Part shown: piece after piece, positions 39,400 to 54,546 of the stretch
How positions within the stretch are numbered: the first letter of the stretch is position 1
Layout: every line of letters begins with the position of its first letter
Assembly: GCA_964016885.1 (NCBI GenBank)
Contig: OZ024741.1
Coordinates: forward strand, 56,048,001 to 56,112,000
Reading direction: 5' to 3'
From: Eledone cirrhosa
Taxonomy: Eukaryota
Length of the DNA stretch: 64,000 bases
The notes under the pieces: model-generated
What the model saw: only the letters and a program-made list of their open reading frames with translations
What the model was told of the DNA's origin: nothing
The model's database searches: none
Program-made: the position numbers and the translations under genes

Positions 39400-40000
39400 T
39401 TTTCCCAACTAGCAAGAGTCTAATTCCTACAATCCAATGCATGTACTTAGGTAATAGAATTCAATGTATAACTTAAAAGGATGCTTCATTATATAGAGTA
39501 GCTTGCGAATACACTAGCATTCAGCAGTTTTAAAGAGGAAATGTGTTATGAAAGTTACATAGTTTAATCCACCCTGCTTAATCAATATTAGCACCCAAAT
39601 TAGAAAACTCTTCCTCCTCTTCATAAAAAAGAAAGTAATGAATATTGCTAATTACAAGAATGCAAAATAATTAGATCCCTCTCTAAAACGCAACCAGAAT
39701 TCTAAGAATATATGCCCAGAAATATCATATAGCAACTGCCTAAAAATATCAATGGGCTATGTAGTCACTGTCACATCTGACATTAGCCAGAATGGAAAGG
39801 TTTACATCGGTATGACACCAAATCAAGTTGAGATGTAGTCAACATAGATATACATACATTTAGAACATTACTTCTAAAAACTATGTTGACATTAGAAAAA
39901 ATATTAATTTTAAAACACAAGCAAACTGTGAATAAATTCACAGATTTAATCTGTTCTTGCACTCATAAACCAAAATACCTTCTTGTGATACTGTAGTGGT
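39400..40000 (+). mobile_element. Degraded Penelope-like element (GIY-YIG endonuclease region)
   Basis: KVT*FNPP at 39551-39574 and SNCLKISMGYVVTVTSDISQNGKVYIGMT from 39731 resemble Penelope-like WFNPP and Y...YIGxT motifs; boundaries approximate. Confidence 0.62.
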
Positions 40001-40599
40001 ATCCCATCAATGGTATCCTAAAATATCAAATGAGATATCAATGAAACATATTTTTGTCTTATTTTGTTCATTTTTTTGTTGTTGTTTTTGTTTTTGTCTT
40101 TTAGATTATCATATCCCTTTAATGAGATTTCATCTGACTTTCTCAAATTAATCACAAGAAATATATATGAAATAGGCTTAATTTTCCTCCTGGTTTGGCT
40201 TCCATTTGACCAGTTAAGAACATGTGCACACACACACACTCAGCCAATGATCCTACATTACTGCAAAACACAGCAGCCAATGACTAACTGTTTAAAAATT
40301 TGAAACATAATTGAATTATAATGGATTTAAAATCTTTTTTTTTTTGTAAACAATTATTTTTTCAGAATATGTAACTAAAAATTTAAAACTTACCATACAG
40401 TATCTCATTAGCTATATATTGACAAAACATTGAGTTCAACACAACCATTTAACGTTTATTTTCCTTGCTTGCATTGATGAAACAGGTAGTCACATTATGA
40501 GACCAGCCAAGTTAGGTGACCATGTCTTGGTCATATGGATCCGTTTTTAATGGCTGAATGCCCTTGCTAACACCAACTGCATTACAGCATATAATGGGA

Positions 40600-40910
40600 A
40601 CTTCCTTCATGGCACCACCACCACCACTTTACAGAGTGGACTGGGTGTTTTCTTTTCATGATACCAACATGACCTCCTAACAGGATGGACTAGGTGCTCT
40701 TTTGTTATGGTACCAGCTCAACCACCTTACAGAATGGACTGGGTGCTTTTCGTCGTGGCACCAGTACGACCACCTTACAGGGTGAACTGGGTGCTTTTTT
40801 GAGTCATCAGCATGACTACCTTTCAGGATGGATTGAGTGCTTTTATTGTGGCACCAACACTATTCCCATACAGCATGGACTGGGTGCTTTTTGCCGTGGT
40901 CCCAACACTG
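40600..40910. repeat. Tandem array of ~47-bp SINE/RTE-UTR subunit, 6-7 copies
   Basis: tggcacca...ttacag..tggactgggtgctttt repeated. Confidence 0.8.
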
Positions 40911-41446
40911 AGGGAGCAATGTGGAGCATGTCCAGCTTTCCATGCATGTATGGATTGGACAGGTGTGGTGTATCAGAGGTGTTGAAGGTGGAGGAGTGGA
41001 GTATATCGTCACCATCATTAAACATTTCCCATGTCCACTTGGGCCAGATGGACTGTCTTACTTGTAGACTAGGCCAGGCAGGCGACCATGTCTACATCAT
41101 ACATTCCATTATTATTATTATGGCGGGGGGGCTGGCCTCCCCAGCCAGATATCTATCTGAACCCTAACCAAGCATCTTATTGTGGTATAAGGTGGGGCAT
41201 GTCCAACTTTCCATGTTGCATTCATTCTTGCAATAAAAATGTTTCTTCCACTTAAATGCTCAAAGTAAGAACCTACTGCTTTGCTCAACTACCAGATTAT
41301 AACCCTCACCATATTGGCCCAACTTATTCTACCCATCTTCATCTCTCCTCTTGTCAACTTCACTGTCTCTAAATCCTCCACTAAACACTAATCCCAATCT
41401 TTATTCCCCCAGAAGGGTATCCTTATAGAATTACTACTGCTCCCTC

Positions 41447-44400
41447 ATGTTTTTACTGACAGATGTTGAAGCTAATCATAACACCCTGCCACCCTCTACA
41501 CACCATCGTAAACTGCAAGCAGGGTACAAATTGTTGTCCTTAAATGCTCGCAGTTTATGCAACAAGATACATCTGTTTGACTCCTACGTCAGAAGCATTG
41601 ACCCTGACTTCATCACAGTCACGGAAACATGGGCACATTCCTTACTCTGTGATGGGGTTTTCAGCATTACTGGGTACAACCTTTTCCGCAAGGACCGCAT
41701 TAATCGCCGTGGTGGTGTGATGGTCTACGTCCGTTCAAACTTTTCGGTAAATTCCTTGCGTTGATTTGAACGAATCACAAGAAGTTTTTTTTTGTGACAT
41801 ACGTATGACCATGTCAACACTTCTGCTTGGTGTTGTTTATCGCCCCCCCCCCCCCCCCAACTACCATCAGGACACACAGCTTTGCGATATCCTCAGAGTT
41901 GCTGCCAGGAAAACAGCCACTTATGTGTTTATTGCAGGTGACTTCAATCATCCTGAGATCGATTGGGAAACCTTTCGTTGGCCACAAAGTGCAAACGATT
42001 TCCTTGAACTAGTGCTGGACTCAAACTGGTCACAAGTAGTCACCTCTCCAACAAGAGGTGACAACACTTTGGACCTGATCTTCACCACTACTCTTGAAGT
42101 GGTTATCAGTTGTACTACTGAGGAACCTCTAGGCGACTCTGATCATGCTTTGATCATTGCCAATCTGGCTCTTGCGGGCAGCAACAAAAACCAGAGCCAT
42201 CTCCAATCTGCTTGCTTTGATTGGAAGAAAGCAGATTGGAACTTGTACTGCACTGAGCTACAGCGCCCAAACTGGCATGAGATGTATAACTCTGGAGATG
42301 TGAACACTATACTCCAGAGCATCCTGGACTCAATATGGATAGTGTGTGCAGCATCGGTGCCACGTAAGCAGAAAAAAAACCACCCCAAAAGTGCAATTTG
42401 GGAAACTTCAGCGGTCCGACTTGCCAGGAAAGAACGTCGGAACACTGAACGGGAATATAAACTGCATAAATTAGATGCCAACAGAAAAAAGCGGAATAAA
42501 TCTTCTAACCATCTCAAGCAAGTGACAAAGAAGGCAGTGCTTGAATTTGAACAGTGCATAGCAACCAATCCTGACAGTAAGGTGTTCTGGAAATATGTTC
42601 ATTCAAAGCAGAGACCTCACTCTCCAGTTGGTCCTCTTCGCAATTCCCACACAAGCCAGATCACTGACGATCCCAAAGAATGCGCAGAACTCATTGCTGA
42701 GTGCTATGCAAGTATTTTTACTGTTGAAAACCAGAATGTACCATCTCCACCATCTCTAACATCAAATTCCATAACAACTATGGAATTTACACCTGCAATG
42801 TTGCGACGTCACCTTAAGAGTAAGCGCAACTATGCCTCCCCTGGTCTTGATGGTGTTACATACCTGCTTCTCAAACGTGGCGGGTATTTCCTTTTGCGCC
42901 AGCTGTCTTTCTTCTTTCAATACTGTCTCATCAATGGTGCTACTCCAGAGCAGTGGAAAACTGCCAGTGTCATTCCCCTGTTCAAAAAGGGCAACCGCAT
43001 GTCACCTTTCAACTATCGTTCACTCAGTCTTACTAGCTGTATGGCCAAACTGATGGAATCCTGTGTCAGAGAAACACTTTGGAACTTCTGGAGCTCTCAC
43101 AGCCTCATCCGGCCCTCGCAGTTTGGATTTATCCCTAACTCCAGCTGCTGTGATCAGCTTATCGAGTTCCTTGAAGACATCACCCGGATCACTGACAGCG
43201 GCTCATGGGTGGATGTTGTTTACTTTGACTTTGCTAAGGCTTTTAATTCTGTGCCACACAAAAGACTTATGGCAAAACTCTCTGCAATGGGTGTTAGGGA
43301 TGATCTTTTCGACTGATTGAAATCCTTCATTCTCAGCCGAAAAGAGGTAGTCACGGTTCTAGGACAGCATTCTTCACCATATGAGATGTCATCTGGTGTA
43401 CCACAGGGATCTGTTCTTGGTCCCCTTTTGTTTGTGGCATATATTAATGACATAGATGCCAACTTACAGAATGCCACGGTACTGAAATATTCAGATGACA
43501 TCAAGCTGTACCTTGAAATCAAAAGGACTGATCCTGAAATCTACAACTCTTTCCTACAATCAGACCTGGACATAATGCAGCAATGGATCACAGACTGGCA
43601 ACTGAAGCTGGCTGTAGACAAGTGTACCACCATGCATTTTGGGAGGAAAAATCCAGCGTCCACATACTCCCTCCACAACACTGATATCAAGAAGTCCTCT
43701 TGTGAACGTGACCTGGGCATTACTGTCAGCAGCGATTTGCATTGGACAAAGCATGTCTCTAAGATTGTCAAGAAGGCCGAGGGTGTCTTGGCATCACTCA
43801 GCAAGACCTTTGTTAGCCGCTCTCCAGCCATCTATTTAAAACTGTATACAGCTATGGTACGACCACACTTGGAATTCGCATCATCAGTCTGGAACCCCCT
43901 ATCTTGCTCAGAACATTGACCGCCTGGAAACTGTTCAGAGACGTGCAACCAAGCGCATACCCTCCATCAGACACCTACCATACTCTGAACGCCTTGCTTC
44001 CCTGGGCATGGATTCATTGAAGCTCCGACGTCTGGCAATGGACTTGGTAAACACCCACAAAGTTATTAACCAACAACAACCCTGAGCACCTGTTTGATCT
44101 CCATGTGTCTAACACACGTGGACATGCCTACAAAATCAGAAAACAGCACATCTCCCATGACTTTCGTAAACATTTTTTCACGCTCAGAGTTGCTGAAGCA
44201 TGGAACAAACTGCCTGCATCAGTTGTTAGCTGCCGAGACACTGCATCCTTTAAAACACTCATGCTTCCCGAAATTCGCCAAAACTACACCTGATGTACCC
44301 CTTCCATACACATGCACACATGTGTATATCATGACTCATGCACTGTTCATTTGCCTGACGTTTGTACATTACCCTATGTACTATACATACACTTTTTGAT

Positions 44401-44452
44401 GAGTTGTAGTGCACCTGAGCACTGTACACAATATTTCATTATTATAATTATA
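41447..44452 (+). mobile_element. CR1-clade LINE ORF2 (AP endonuclease + RT), pseudogenised
   Basis: LNARSL, VTETW, GDFNHP, LDLIF, GDSDH, NYRSLSL, QFGF, DFAKAF, GVPQGSVLGP, YSDD, MVRPHLEFAS, RKHFFTLRVAEAWNKLP; frameshifts near 41762 and 43900, stop at 43314-43316; (ATT)-like tail. Confidence 0.92.
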
Positions 44453-45699
44453 AACTGAATCAGTGTCCCCAATCTGGTAGAAGCGGGGTGAGGTGGGGTA
44501 GAAGAACCACAGTAGTGTTAAGCAGTACTCTCACCCTCCCTTCTCTTTTGACTAACTTATGAATGGCAGGGAGATAGCCCTAACAATTAAGTGAGATGGG
44601 TGTGTAAGGGTGTTAAATTTGAATATATATGTGTTTACTGGGACATATATATATATGAGGGTGTGTGTGTGTGTTTTGATGACCACTTTACAGTGTGGAC
44701 TGGGGACTTAGGTGGGAGACATGTATGGGGATTGAGGAACTAGATCTAGAGATGTGTGTGAAGGGTGGATTGTAATATGTTATAGAGGTGTATGTGAAAG
44801 CATACAGGGTATGTTTATGTATAATAAACATATGTCTCGCTATTTGTGTTTGAAGCTGCGGTCATGCCAAGGGTGAGTGGAGATGATACTGATCAAAACT
44901 TAGATGTGAATATTGCCAAACCTTTCATGTCTAATACTGAGGTGAATAGTTGAATACTACTGTTATTTCTATTTGAGATATGTCTGTTGTGTGTGTGAAA
45001 TATTTGTCAATTATGGAGATTTGTATGCAAGTGTGTACTCATTAATGTGAAACGTTTGTGTGTGTGTGTGTGTGTGTGTGACATATGTCACCTGTAGAGG
45101 TTTGTATGTATTTGTGTGGGTGTATGGATGTATATGACATTTGTCAACTATAGAGGTTTGTATGTATTTGTGTGTATGTATGTGTGACATATTTGTCAAC
45201 TATAGAGGTTTGGTATATATATCTGTCTGTCTGTGTGTGACATTTGTCAAATATAGCCATTTGTGTATGTGTATGTGAGAGACATACACAAAAGATAAAA
45301 ATGTGTGTACTAATTAGAATTGGTTCCAAATACAAACATTATCTTTATATTACTGTGCGAAAGTAAAGCTAAGAAGACTAACAAGTGTATGTGTGAGAGA
45401 GAGAGAGATCTTTGTTTATATTGTGGTTTTACAAAAACAAAATTTCTTAACTTACGAGGCTTCAAGAATGTAACCTCTGATTATCTCACCCACACACATA
45501 CACACAGACATATGTCTTAGTTTATTTTCATCAAACTCACATTATTATGTAATTGCGAATGGTTTTTAGCCAGATCATGAATGAAAAGTAATGAAAATTA
45601 ACATGTTAAATTGAAACCTCTCTCTTTCCCTCTCAAGAATAACATTAAGTTTCAAATGAATGTCTTGAATTGATCAAGACAAAATAACAAAATATTACA

Positions 45700-45890
45700 T
45701 AATAATTGTTTCTACTTTAGGCACAAGGCCAGCAATCACCAGTTCATTACTGGTACTTTATTTTATCGACCCCGTAAGGATGAAAGGCAAAGTCAACCTC
45801 GGCGGGATTTGAACTCAGATCGTAAAGGGACGTAACTATGCTGGAAAGCATGGCGTCCGACCCTCTACCGATACTGCCAATCCACGGCCA
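45700..45890 (-). mobile_element. Young SINE family B copy
   Basis: CpG-intact; its head matches 62831-62929. Confidence 0.8.
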
Positions 45891-48800
45891 TAAAAAATAT
45901 TACATAATAATGTTTTGGAAACTGTTTATTAAATAATATTCTTATGAATTCATCTAACTAGCCTATATTGCCTGTATATGTTTTGTAGCATTTTAGTAGC
46001 TAAATGATGGCTGCAACTCGAGTAGTGCCATCGCTTGATACTTAAGCATGAACATCACGGACGTGGCTTTTTAGTTCTGAAGGAGTGTCCCATGAGAAAG
46101 TATTGGACATCTATTACATTATGTTCATTGAGCAAGGGATATATGCATGTTATTTGTTGTGCAGTAGCTACAAATATAGCTCTGATGGATGTGTAATGTT
46201 AACTATCACTGGTGAGTGATTTCTCAAACGTTTATGCAAAACCATTACCAATGATGGGAGTGACATATGCCTTATTTTTTCCCTTACCCTTCTATACTTG
46301 CCTGTGTTACTAAATATGTATTTGTGTGTAAAAAAGATGTACACTTTCGGAGCTCCTTGCTTATCAGCATATCTATTCAACATCATCATCTTCATGGTTT
46401 TATGTCCATTTTCCATGCGTGCATGGGTTAGAGTGGTTGTCATGTTCTGAGGTTAGACAGGGATACCAGATGATTGTCTTGCTCATCACTACATTCCATG
46501 TTAGTATGGTTTCTGTCTAGATGCCTCCCCTAACACCAACTGTGTCACGGTATATACTGGATTTGCTTGCTTGTCGCACAATAACTACCACCTTGCAGAG
46601 TTTTTCATGGCACCAGTACTACCACTTTACATTGTAGGCTGGGTACACTTTATTGTGACATCAGCACCAGCACTACCACTTTACAGTGTGGGCTGAGTGC
46701 ATTGTATCATGGCACCAGCACTTTTACATTCCACTGTGGGCTGAACACTGTATGATATATATGTGTGGGCATTGTTGAGTTGTTGTTTTGTTCAATCCCA
46801 TCATATACTGCATATACTCAAATATAGACTGGGAAATATGACCACAAATCAATGATAAAACGGGGGTTGACTTATATTTGAGGTCAATATTTTGCCACTT
46901 TACACCAACTTCAAATTCTATGTAAATAAGGTGCTAAAGTATTGAGTGATTATTTTACAATTACAATTTATATCTTCATTGGTGTTGTTTATGTATTCCC
47001 TTAAAAAATATTTCCAACAAATTTTTATAAATTGAAATTTTTAATAGATAAATATCTCATAAACATCCAAGTGCACACGTACATGCACACACATTTTCCT
47101 CCAACTTAATACTTTTTCTTTCAATCTTTTTGTAAGATTGAAATCTTACTTCTGATTTCATTCTATTGCTCTCTCCCTCTTCTACTCTATGAATCTCTAT
47201 ACAAAGTTCACTTATTCAATCTCTTGCTTTCAAAGTACTCTCAGTGTGTGAGTTGCCAAAAGTAAACAAAAATTTGAGAAACTTGTTGAAACTTAACGTG
47301 ATGGAAACTCATTACATAATGTAGTTGTGAAACAAAAACTATGTTTTAACATTTAAAAACATTTTATACTCATGAGTATTTCAAAACCACACCATCTAAA
47401 CATAATGTGTTGATTAGCTACCCCAGCTTATAAACGGAGTTTGGAATTTTGCCCATTTCTCAGGCATAGAATGTGTGGGGGAGGGCAGCTTATATTCAAG
47501 TATATATGGTGTATTATATTTTACATACAACTTGCGTTACAGGATATTCTTTTTATCACAGCAATTTCAGCAACGTGGAACAGTGTTACTCTTGCCAGCA
47601 GTACCCACAGCACTGATGCCACCATAGAATGTCTAGATTGTTTTTCACCACCTTAGCATGCTTTTTTTTTCCTTTGCACCATCCATACAGCCATTACACC
47701 AAACTAAGGTTAGCTGTTAGCCACTCCAACCATAAAGCAACTATTTTGGTTCAGCCTTTCTTCCATGCTTCTCCCATTTCCATAATGAAATATTTTATGA
47801 TTCTCTATCCATTTCACTGCTCAGCTAACCTTCCTAAGTTTAGTGCTAGCCAGGTAGGACTTACTGGACCTAACTACATACCCTCTACACAAATTACTGC
47901 TCAGCTAACCTTCTTAGGTTCGGTTCTAGCCTAGTATGACATAGTGGCCCTAACAACAAACACTATCCCTGCTCTACCAGAAACACTGTACACTACCTTG
48001 TCAATATCATGCTTTACATGGTTCCCTAAATTCATCTTACTTTAGGCCAGTCCCTTTTTTGTTTCCATTCCATGTTGTCTCAATGCACCGCCAATTTCAT
48101 AAGCAGAACTTTTTGCTTTTTTTTTTTTTTTTTTAAATCAAATCAGAGACCATGCCATAAGGTCAGGACGTTATTTTGTTCTATCAATATGGCTTGGGAG
48201 CACAAGCTCTTGTTTTAAATTAATCTAGCTTTCCTTTGTTTGCTTCCCAGCATTATCCTTTCTCACCCTGCTTAGGGAAAACAACAGAGTGATTTTTATT
48301 GCATTTGATTGATGCTGCATTGATCTTTTGTTTAGTAAGTACCAGGAACGAAACTCAAGTTTTGGTTATTCTACCACACATACATTTGCAAAGGATAACT
48401 TGCATTCTGCTAGGACATATTTCAATGATGCATAACCTCCAAACCAACAATGATTTGCAATATTCAACTCCACCATTTGATGTAAACACCAGCAAGAAAA
48501 TCTGGAAATTTGGGGCTCTTTGAAAGAAGTCTCTTATATTATCTCTGCACCGTGTTACAGAAAATGCAGTGAACCAGTGATTAGTCCATTGGAATATTTA
48601 TTGCTCATAAATTACAATGTAGAATAAATAAATGTTTAAAATATGTAAAGATTAAGTAATGTTTTTTTTTGTTTGTTTATATATGTTGTACAATATTAAA
48701 CAATTATTTGCATGTCTATATTTAAAATGCTCTTGTGTATGTAATGTATGTGTGCGTGTGTGTGTGTATATAAATACACACACACACACAATAATAATAA

Positions 48801-49444
48801 TAATGGACATTTGTTGTTTATCATTCATGCTCTGTGAAGTTAGATTCATTCAATTATTGGATTATACTTTGAATAATAGCTGGATCCCTCAACTTGCTAA
48901 ACTTTTTTTTATATAAATATATATGTATAATAATCTTTAATATTATATGTTGTGTTAGTCATGTTTTTTATTTTTTGGTGGGGGGTCTGGATGCCTTTCT
49001 TATCACCAACCACTTTACAGCATAGACTGAGTGCATTTTATTATGCCACCAACACTGCACCAGTTTAAGTTCAGAGTAACTTCTTTCTTAGAAAGGCTGC
49101 CTTCTCTATGGCTTCCAGGGTGACTGCTCTCCCAGATGTGTTGCCTTCACAGCAGCTTACAAGGTCTGCATCTTCCCTGTATAAAATTGAAATGGAAAGA
49201 ATCACAATTTAAAGTAAAGCACTCAATGCATGATGTAGAGTGGATATATTTTCATAATGACTCTCACACGATTAGTTCTGTTTCCTTCTTCAACAATTCA
49301 TCTGAGGAGGAAATTCATAGAGAAGGAAACGGGACCAGTCCTGTAGGCATCATTTAATGTTGAAATATTTGTAATGTATTTGTGATTTCTATGTAATTTA
49401 CCCTACCTCATTATTTTTCCACCTCTCCTATTTCTCTCCTGTAG

Positions 49445-49510
49445 ATTCTAGACTCGGCGGCTACAGACCTCCTTCGGACTGGGGCTCCATATTCACCTCT
49501 TCATCTGGCA
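49445..49510 (+). CDS. ANKRD28: Ankyrin gene, visible exon 6
   Basis: ctctcctgtag|...|gtaagt; encodes ILDSAATDLLRTGAPYSPLHLA; phase 0-0. Confidence 0.88.
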
Positions 49511-49544
49511 GTAAGTAAACACTACTTTTGTTATTGTTGTTAGA

Positions 49545-50460
49545 TTGGCAGAATTGGTAAAGTCAGATAAAATCCCATTGTGGTATTTGTTCCTGCTCTT
49601 TACACTCTGAGTTCAACTCTCACTGAAATCAACTTTACCTTTCATCCTTCCATGGTCAGGGGTTGATTTCATCAATGTTTGCTCTTTTCCTAAATTTGTT
49701 AGGCTTGAGCCTAAATTAGTAATCAAGGGATGGAGTCATTAGAATATAGGACAAAATACCTTGTAGTATTTGTTCAGGCACTTTACATTCCAAGCTGAAT
49801 CCCACTGGGGTCAGCTCCGCCTTTCATCCTTATGGGGTCAATAAAATAAAGTACCAGTATCGGGATCAATTTAATCTACTTCCCCCTCTCCTTCAAACTG
49901 CTTACCTTGTATCAAAAGTAGAAAAGATTTTATTATTATCGAAGGAGGTGGATTGTTAGTATCGGTAGAGCATCAGACATCATGCTTTGTGGCATATAGT
50001 TATGGCCCTCTACATTCTGAGTTCAAATCCCGCCAATGTTAGCTTTGCCTTTCATCCTCACAGGATTGATAAAATAAAGTACCAGTAATGTACTGGGATC
50101 GATTTTAACTTTCCCCTCCCCTCGTAAAATTGTTGGCCTTGCACCTAAATCAAACTATTAGGGTGGTGGATTCTATCATCTGAGTTCAAATCCTGCCACA
50201 GTCAACTTTGCTCTTCGCCCTTCTAAAGTCAATAAAATAAAATACCAGTCAAGTTCTGGAGTTGATATAATTGACCCATGCTAGCGTGGAAAATGTACGT
50301 TAAACGAAGATGATGATGATGATTTCCCCCTCCCTCAAAATTGCTGGACTTGTGCCTCAACCTTTATTAGAACTATTAAAACATCAGATAAATCTTGCTG
50401 CAGTCAAATTTGCCTTTTATCCTTTTTGAATTGATGAAATAAAGTGCCAATCATGTATGG
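49545..50460 (+). mobile_element. SINE family B cluster
   Basis: About five whole or partial copies directly after exon 6. Confidence 0.8.
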
Positions 50461-50954
50461 GGACCAATCTGTTTGTGTCCATTCCTCCCACACACATACA
50501 TTGACACAAACAAAAAAAGAATTACTAGAAACCATTAGCCCTTTTGTTGCTATATTTCTAATAAAACACTGCTTACAATTTTGAAGATCTTTTTGAAATT
50601 AATCAAGAATTTGGAGGTATTTAGTAATATTTACCTGGTGTATAGGACATAATTTAACAAAGGTTCTTATATACGATCTTTAGATAAATATAAGCATTTT
50701 AACACTTTTGTTACCATATTTCTAATGAAAGACATTGCCTACAATTTTCAAACCTTTGGAAAAATAAGAATTTGGAGGGATTAAGTAATATCATTTTCTT
50801 ATTATTTACCTGATGTATAGAAAATAATTTAACAAAGGTTCTTACATAAAATTTTGGTGGAATTTTTAGATAAATATAAACAGCTTAGTATCATAGAACC
50901 CAGGGAAGTTTACACTGTCATTAATCCTTCTATTTATTGTTGTTTTCATTACAG

Positions 50955-51030
50955 GCCTACAATGGTCATGAACAGGCACTGAATGTTCTGCTGGGTTACA
51001 TAATTAACCTCGACATCTGTGATATGAATG
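50955..51030 (+). CDS. ANKRD28: Ankyrin gene, visible exon 7
   Basis: cattacag|...|gtaagt; encodes AYNGHEQALNVLLGYIINLDICDMN(G). Confidence 0.92.
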
Positions 51031-51938
51031 GTAAGTTTATTCTTTCTAATTATTTTTATTTTCTGAATACAATATTATCTAATGTTTCTTTGAAAAATAA
51101 AGTGAAGTGATTTGAAGAATCATTATTGCAATACTGGACATAACACTATCCATGGTTTAAAGAATCATTATTTCAAAACTGAATGTACCCACTGTCTCTT
51201 TGAAAGTAGAGTGAAATGATTTAACCCTTTAGCCTTTACATTACACTATTTTAACTATTGTATTTTGTGATAAAGGCTTTATCTTACATAAATTATCTCG
51301 CATAACATCAAATCTATGGAATTTTGATGTTATTTATTTTGAGAACAATACCTTAATGTCAATATGGGCAGTCAATTACGGCCAGTTTGAACAGAAAAAG
51401 GTGAAAGAATTCGGTCAGTTTAAATGCTAGAGTTAAAGAAACGTTATTTCAATACAAAACATAACAGTCTCTTATGTTCCTTTGAAAATAGTGATTTGAA
51501 GAAACATTATGCAATACCAGACATATTGTTATCTATGCTGATGATAATGTTGATGGCAGTGCTTAAAACCTTGGCTACTAAATATTATATTAGCAAAAAA
51601 ACATAATGTACATACATGTACACAGACCATCTATACCAAGCTGGTTATAAGTTCAGGTCAAGTGTGAAATGTGAACCCCCATTTCAAACAGCTCTTTAAA
51701 TATTTTAGTAACCGGTACTAAGTCATGAGCCCCCTTTTGTCATGAATGACCATGGTTTTGCATTTAGAAAGTTCCCTTCCTAGGCATAAGCTATGGCAAC
51801 ATGTTTTTATGGGAGTCCAGCAGTTGCTCAAGCAAACCGATCTCCCCTCTCCCTGCCACCAACATTGTCCAAAGGAAAGGCAAAGGCTGATACAGCTTGG
51901 TGCCAGTGACATCACAACTCATTTATACATCATATATA

Positions 51939-52094
51939 CTGTATTTCCCCTCGCTGATGACACTTCGTCCTCGAGGATGCACCCTAACTTTGACAACCAA
52001 AAATAATAAACAACCTTCGGCCTCCAGGACGCATGGTAGATTTTTTAGGCTTATTTTAGGAAAAAAGTCGCTTCTTTGACGGCGGGAAATACAG
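51939..52094. mobile_element. Tc1/mariner (pogo-type) MITE
   Basis: TA|ctgtatttccc...gggaaatacag|TA. Confidence 0.72.
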
Positions 52095-52689
52095 TATATA
52101 ATATACACTACAGTATATATATTGTCCAAGGGAAAAGGCCGATACAGCTTGTCATCAGTGATGTTGCAACTCATTTTTTCCAGCTGAGTGAACTGGAGCA
52201 ACCTAAAATAAAGTGTCTTGCTCAAGGACACAGCACACCACTCGATCTGGGAATCAACTTCACAATTGTGAGTTCAATACTCTAGCAATTAAGCAACCAT
52301 ATACCTTCACATGATTTATGTATGGGTTGTAGATGTGTACAAGAAGGTTGTAATAAACAGATACCAGAATAGAATGTAAGCACTAGAACTTGGGGGTATT
52401 AACTGTTTCCCCTCCCCCTCTCCCCTTGTATCTTGACTGCCCAAGCACACACTAACAGACTCACTCTCTTGTACACATTCATTCTCTTTCACACACACAC
52501 TCTCTCACTCATTCTTTCACATTGTCTCTCACACTCACTTTCACACACCAGTTTCACATGCTCACTCTCTCTCACACACAAAAATAAAATCCCCTCCAGC
52601 ATCTCTCCTATCACCACCACCAATTCTCCAACCCAAATGCTCCCTCTTCTATTCCTATATACTTAATGTTCTTTCTTTCTTTCCAACAG

Positions 52690-52815
52690 GTCGCACCATG
52701 TTAGATCTGGCGTGTTTTCGGGGTCATACGGAATGTGTAAATATTTTATTACAAAACCGAGCTGGAATAGCGGTGCATGATTCAGTGATTGGCAGGACCC
52801 CCCTCCACAGTGCAG
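52690..52815 (+). CDS. ANKRD28: Ankyrin gene, visible exon 8
   Basis: ttccaacag|...|gtcagt; encodes (G)RTMLDLACFRGHTECVNILLQNRAGIAVHDSVIGRTPLHSA. Confidence 0.92.
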
Positions 52816-53183
52816 GTCAGTTGCTCATAGCGCTACACTGAACTGTTGTTGTAGGGTTGAGATGCACTGAGCTTTGGGATTAAGGCACAATGTGTGTGTG
52901 TGTGTGTGAAGGAAGAAGAAATGAGTGACAGGCAAAGAAGACAACTGGTGTGTATTACCAGTGTGTGTGATTGTGTGTTACCAGTGTGTCTGTATGTGAC
53001 AGTGTATTATCAATGTGTGTGTGTGTGTGCATATGTGACAGTGTGTATTACCAGTTTGTGTATGTTATAACCAGTGTATATTACCATTGTATGAATGTGT
53101 ATGACATTGTATTATTGTGTCTCTCCTCCCTGCATACAATGTTTTTGTTGGAGTGTGTATGTGTGGACACTATAAATGTGACA

Positions 53184-54535
53184 GTATTATTATTATTATT
53201 CATTTGCACTATGATGATCTTAACACTGGATCATTTGAGTCCCTGTCAAGTTATGTAATCTCAGATAGTACTTTCCGCAAAATATTTGCTGTTTCCTAAA
53301 GTCTTGTTTTTTTGCAATGTTGAGATTGATTCCAATTCTATCAAGGTTTTTCTGGAGGTTTTCTGTCCGACCCAAATGCTTCAATCATAAGTGCTACCAC
53401 TCTTACTTTCATATTCCACATTCTCTTGACATCTATTCTCAAGTTTGCATACTTTACAATTATTTCATTTTCTTTGATGAAATGGTCTCCTGGGCAAGCT
53501 ACATCAATTAACAAACACCTCCTTTTAGTATCTTTCTTCACCAAAGTTATGTCTGACCTTGTATTTTCAAGAACTCTATCTTTCTGGATTGTAAAGTCCC
53601 ACAACAGTTTCACAGTGATTTTCTAGGACTTTCTCTGGTTTGCGCTGATACCATTTCTCAGTTGTTGCAAACCCATATTTCTTAGATAAAGACCAATAGA
53701 AGTGTTTATCGTGACATCTCTTATATGATCAAGCAAGCTACAGGCACTCCTGATGAGTGTCGCACTTTCCACTTTCTTCTCGCATAACCTACCCTTGTTT
53801 TTCATCTGGGTTATATATTTCTTATTGCATTTGTGTTTAGAGTTTGATCTTGAGCAGCTATTAATAAACTTCTCTCTCTCTCTTAAGATCACGTTTTGTC
53901 AACCAATTTCATGGAGATCCTTCTTTTATTTCATTCGTTTCTCTTTCAAATTGACCATGTAATTCCATACTCTCCCATACTCTCCCATGCGCTCAATTTC
54001 TTAGCCAACAGCATGTTTGTAGTTTTCTTTACTTTCAATGATTTCAATGTATAGGCCTCTGCTTTTGACAACATGCTTTGTTCATATTACACTTTTGCAG
54101 TAAAGATGTCAGTCAACAGCTTCCAAAACAAATTCAAGTAAACAATCGGCCTGTAATTTCCAACTAACAGACCTTTCCTTTTATCCTTCATTATCAAAGT
54201 TGTTTTTCCTTCAACTATCCAACTTAGAACTTCTTGTACTATACAATCATTTAGGTGCTTCCCTAGTCTTGAATGAACACTTTTAAATCTTTTCGACCAG
54301 AATCCTTGGATCCTGTCTGGTCCAGGAGATTTCTAGTTTGCCATTTTCCTAACTTGCTCTTGAACATCTTCTATTGAAATTCTTTCCCATCTCTATTTTG
54401 GTTCATTAGATAACTTATGCTCAACTTCATTTATCGCATCATTGTAATGCATTTTTGTAATTCCCTATAGATTTGACAAAAAATATGTGGATTCTTCAGC
54501 ATTAAGTGCAACCTCTGCACCATTTTCCCATGACA
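53184..54535 (-). mobile_element. R4/Dong-like non-LTR remnant (RT + restriction-like endonuclease)
   Basis: KSPGPDRIQGFW, RLCEKKVES..SACSLL, KLLWDFTIQ.DR, CLLIDVACPGD, TANILRKVL; (AAT)n tail. Confidence 0.78.
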
Positions 54536-54546
54536 GTATTCTAAAG

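Noticed and set aside
51954-51980. CTGATGA in the pogo-type MITE (also at 2395 and 53750)
   Set aside because: No correctly placed GAAA or stems
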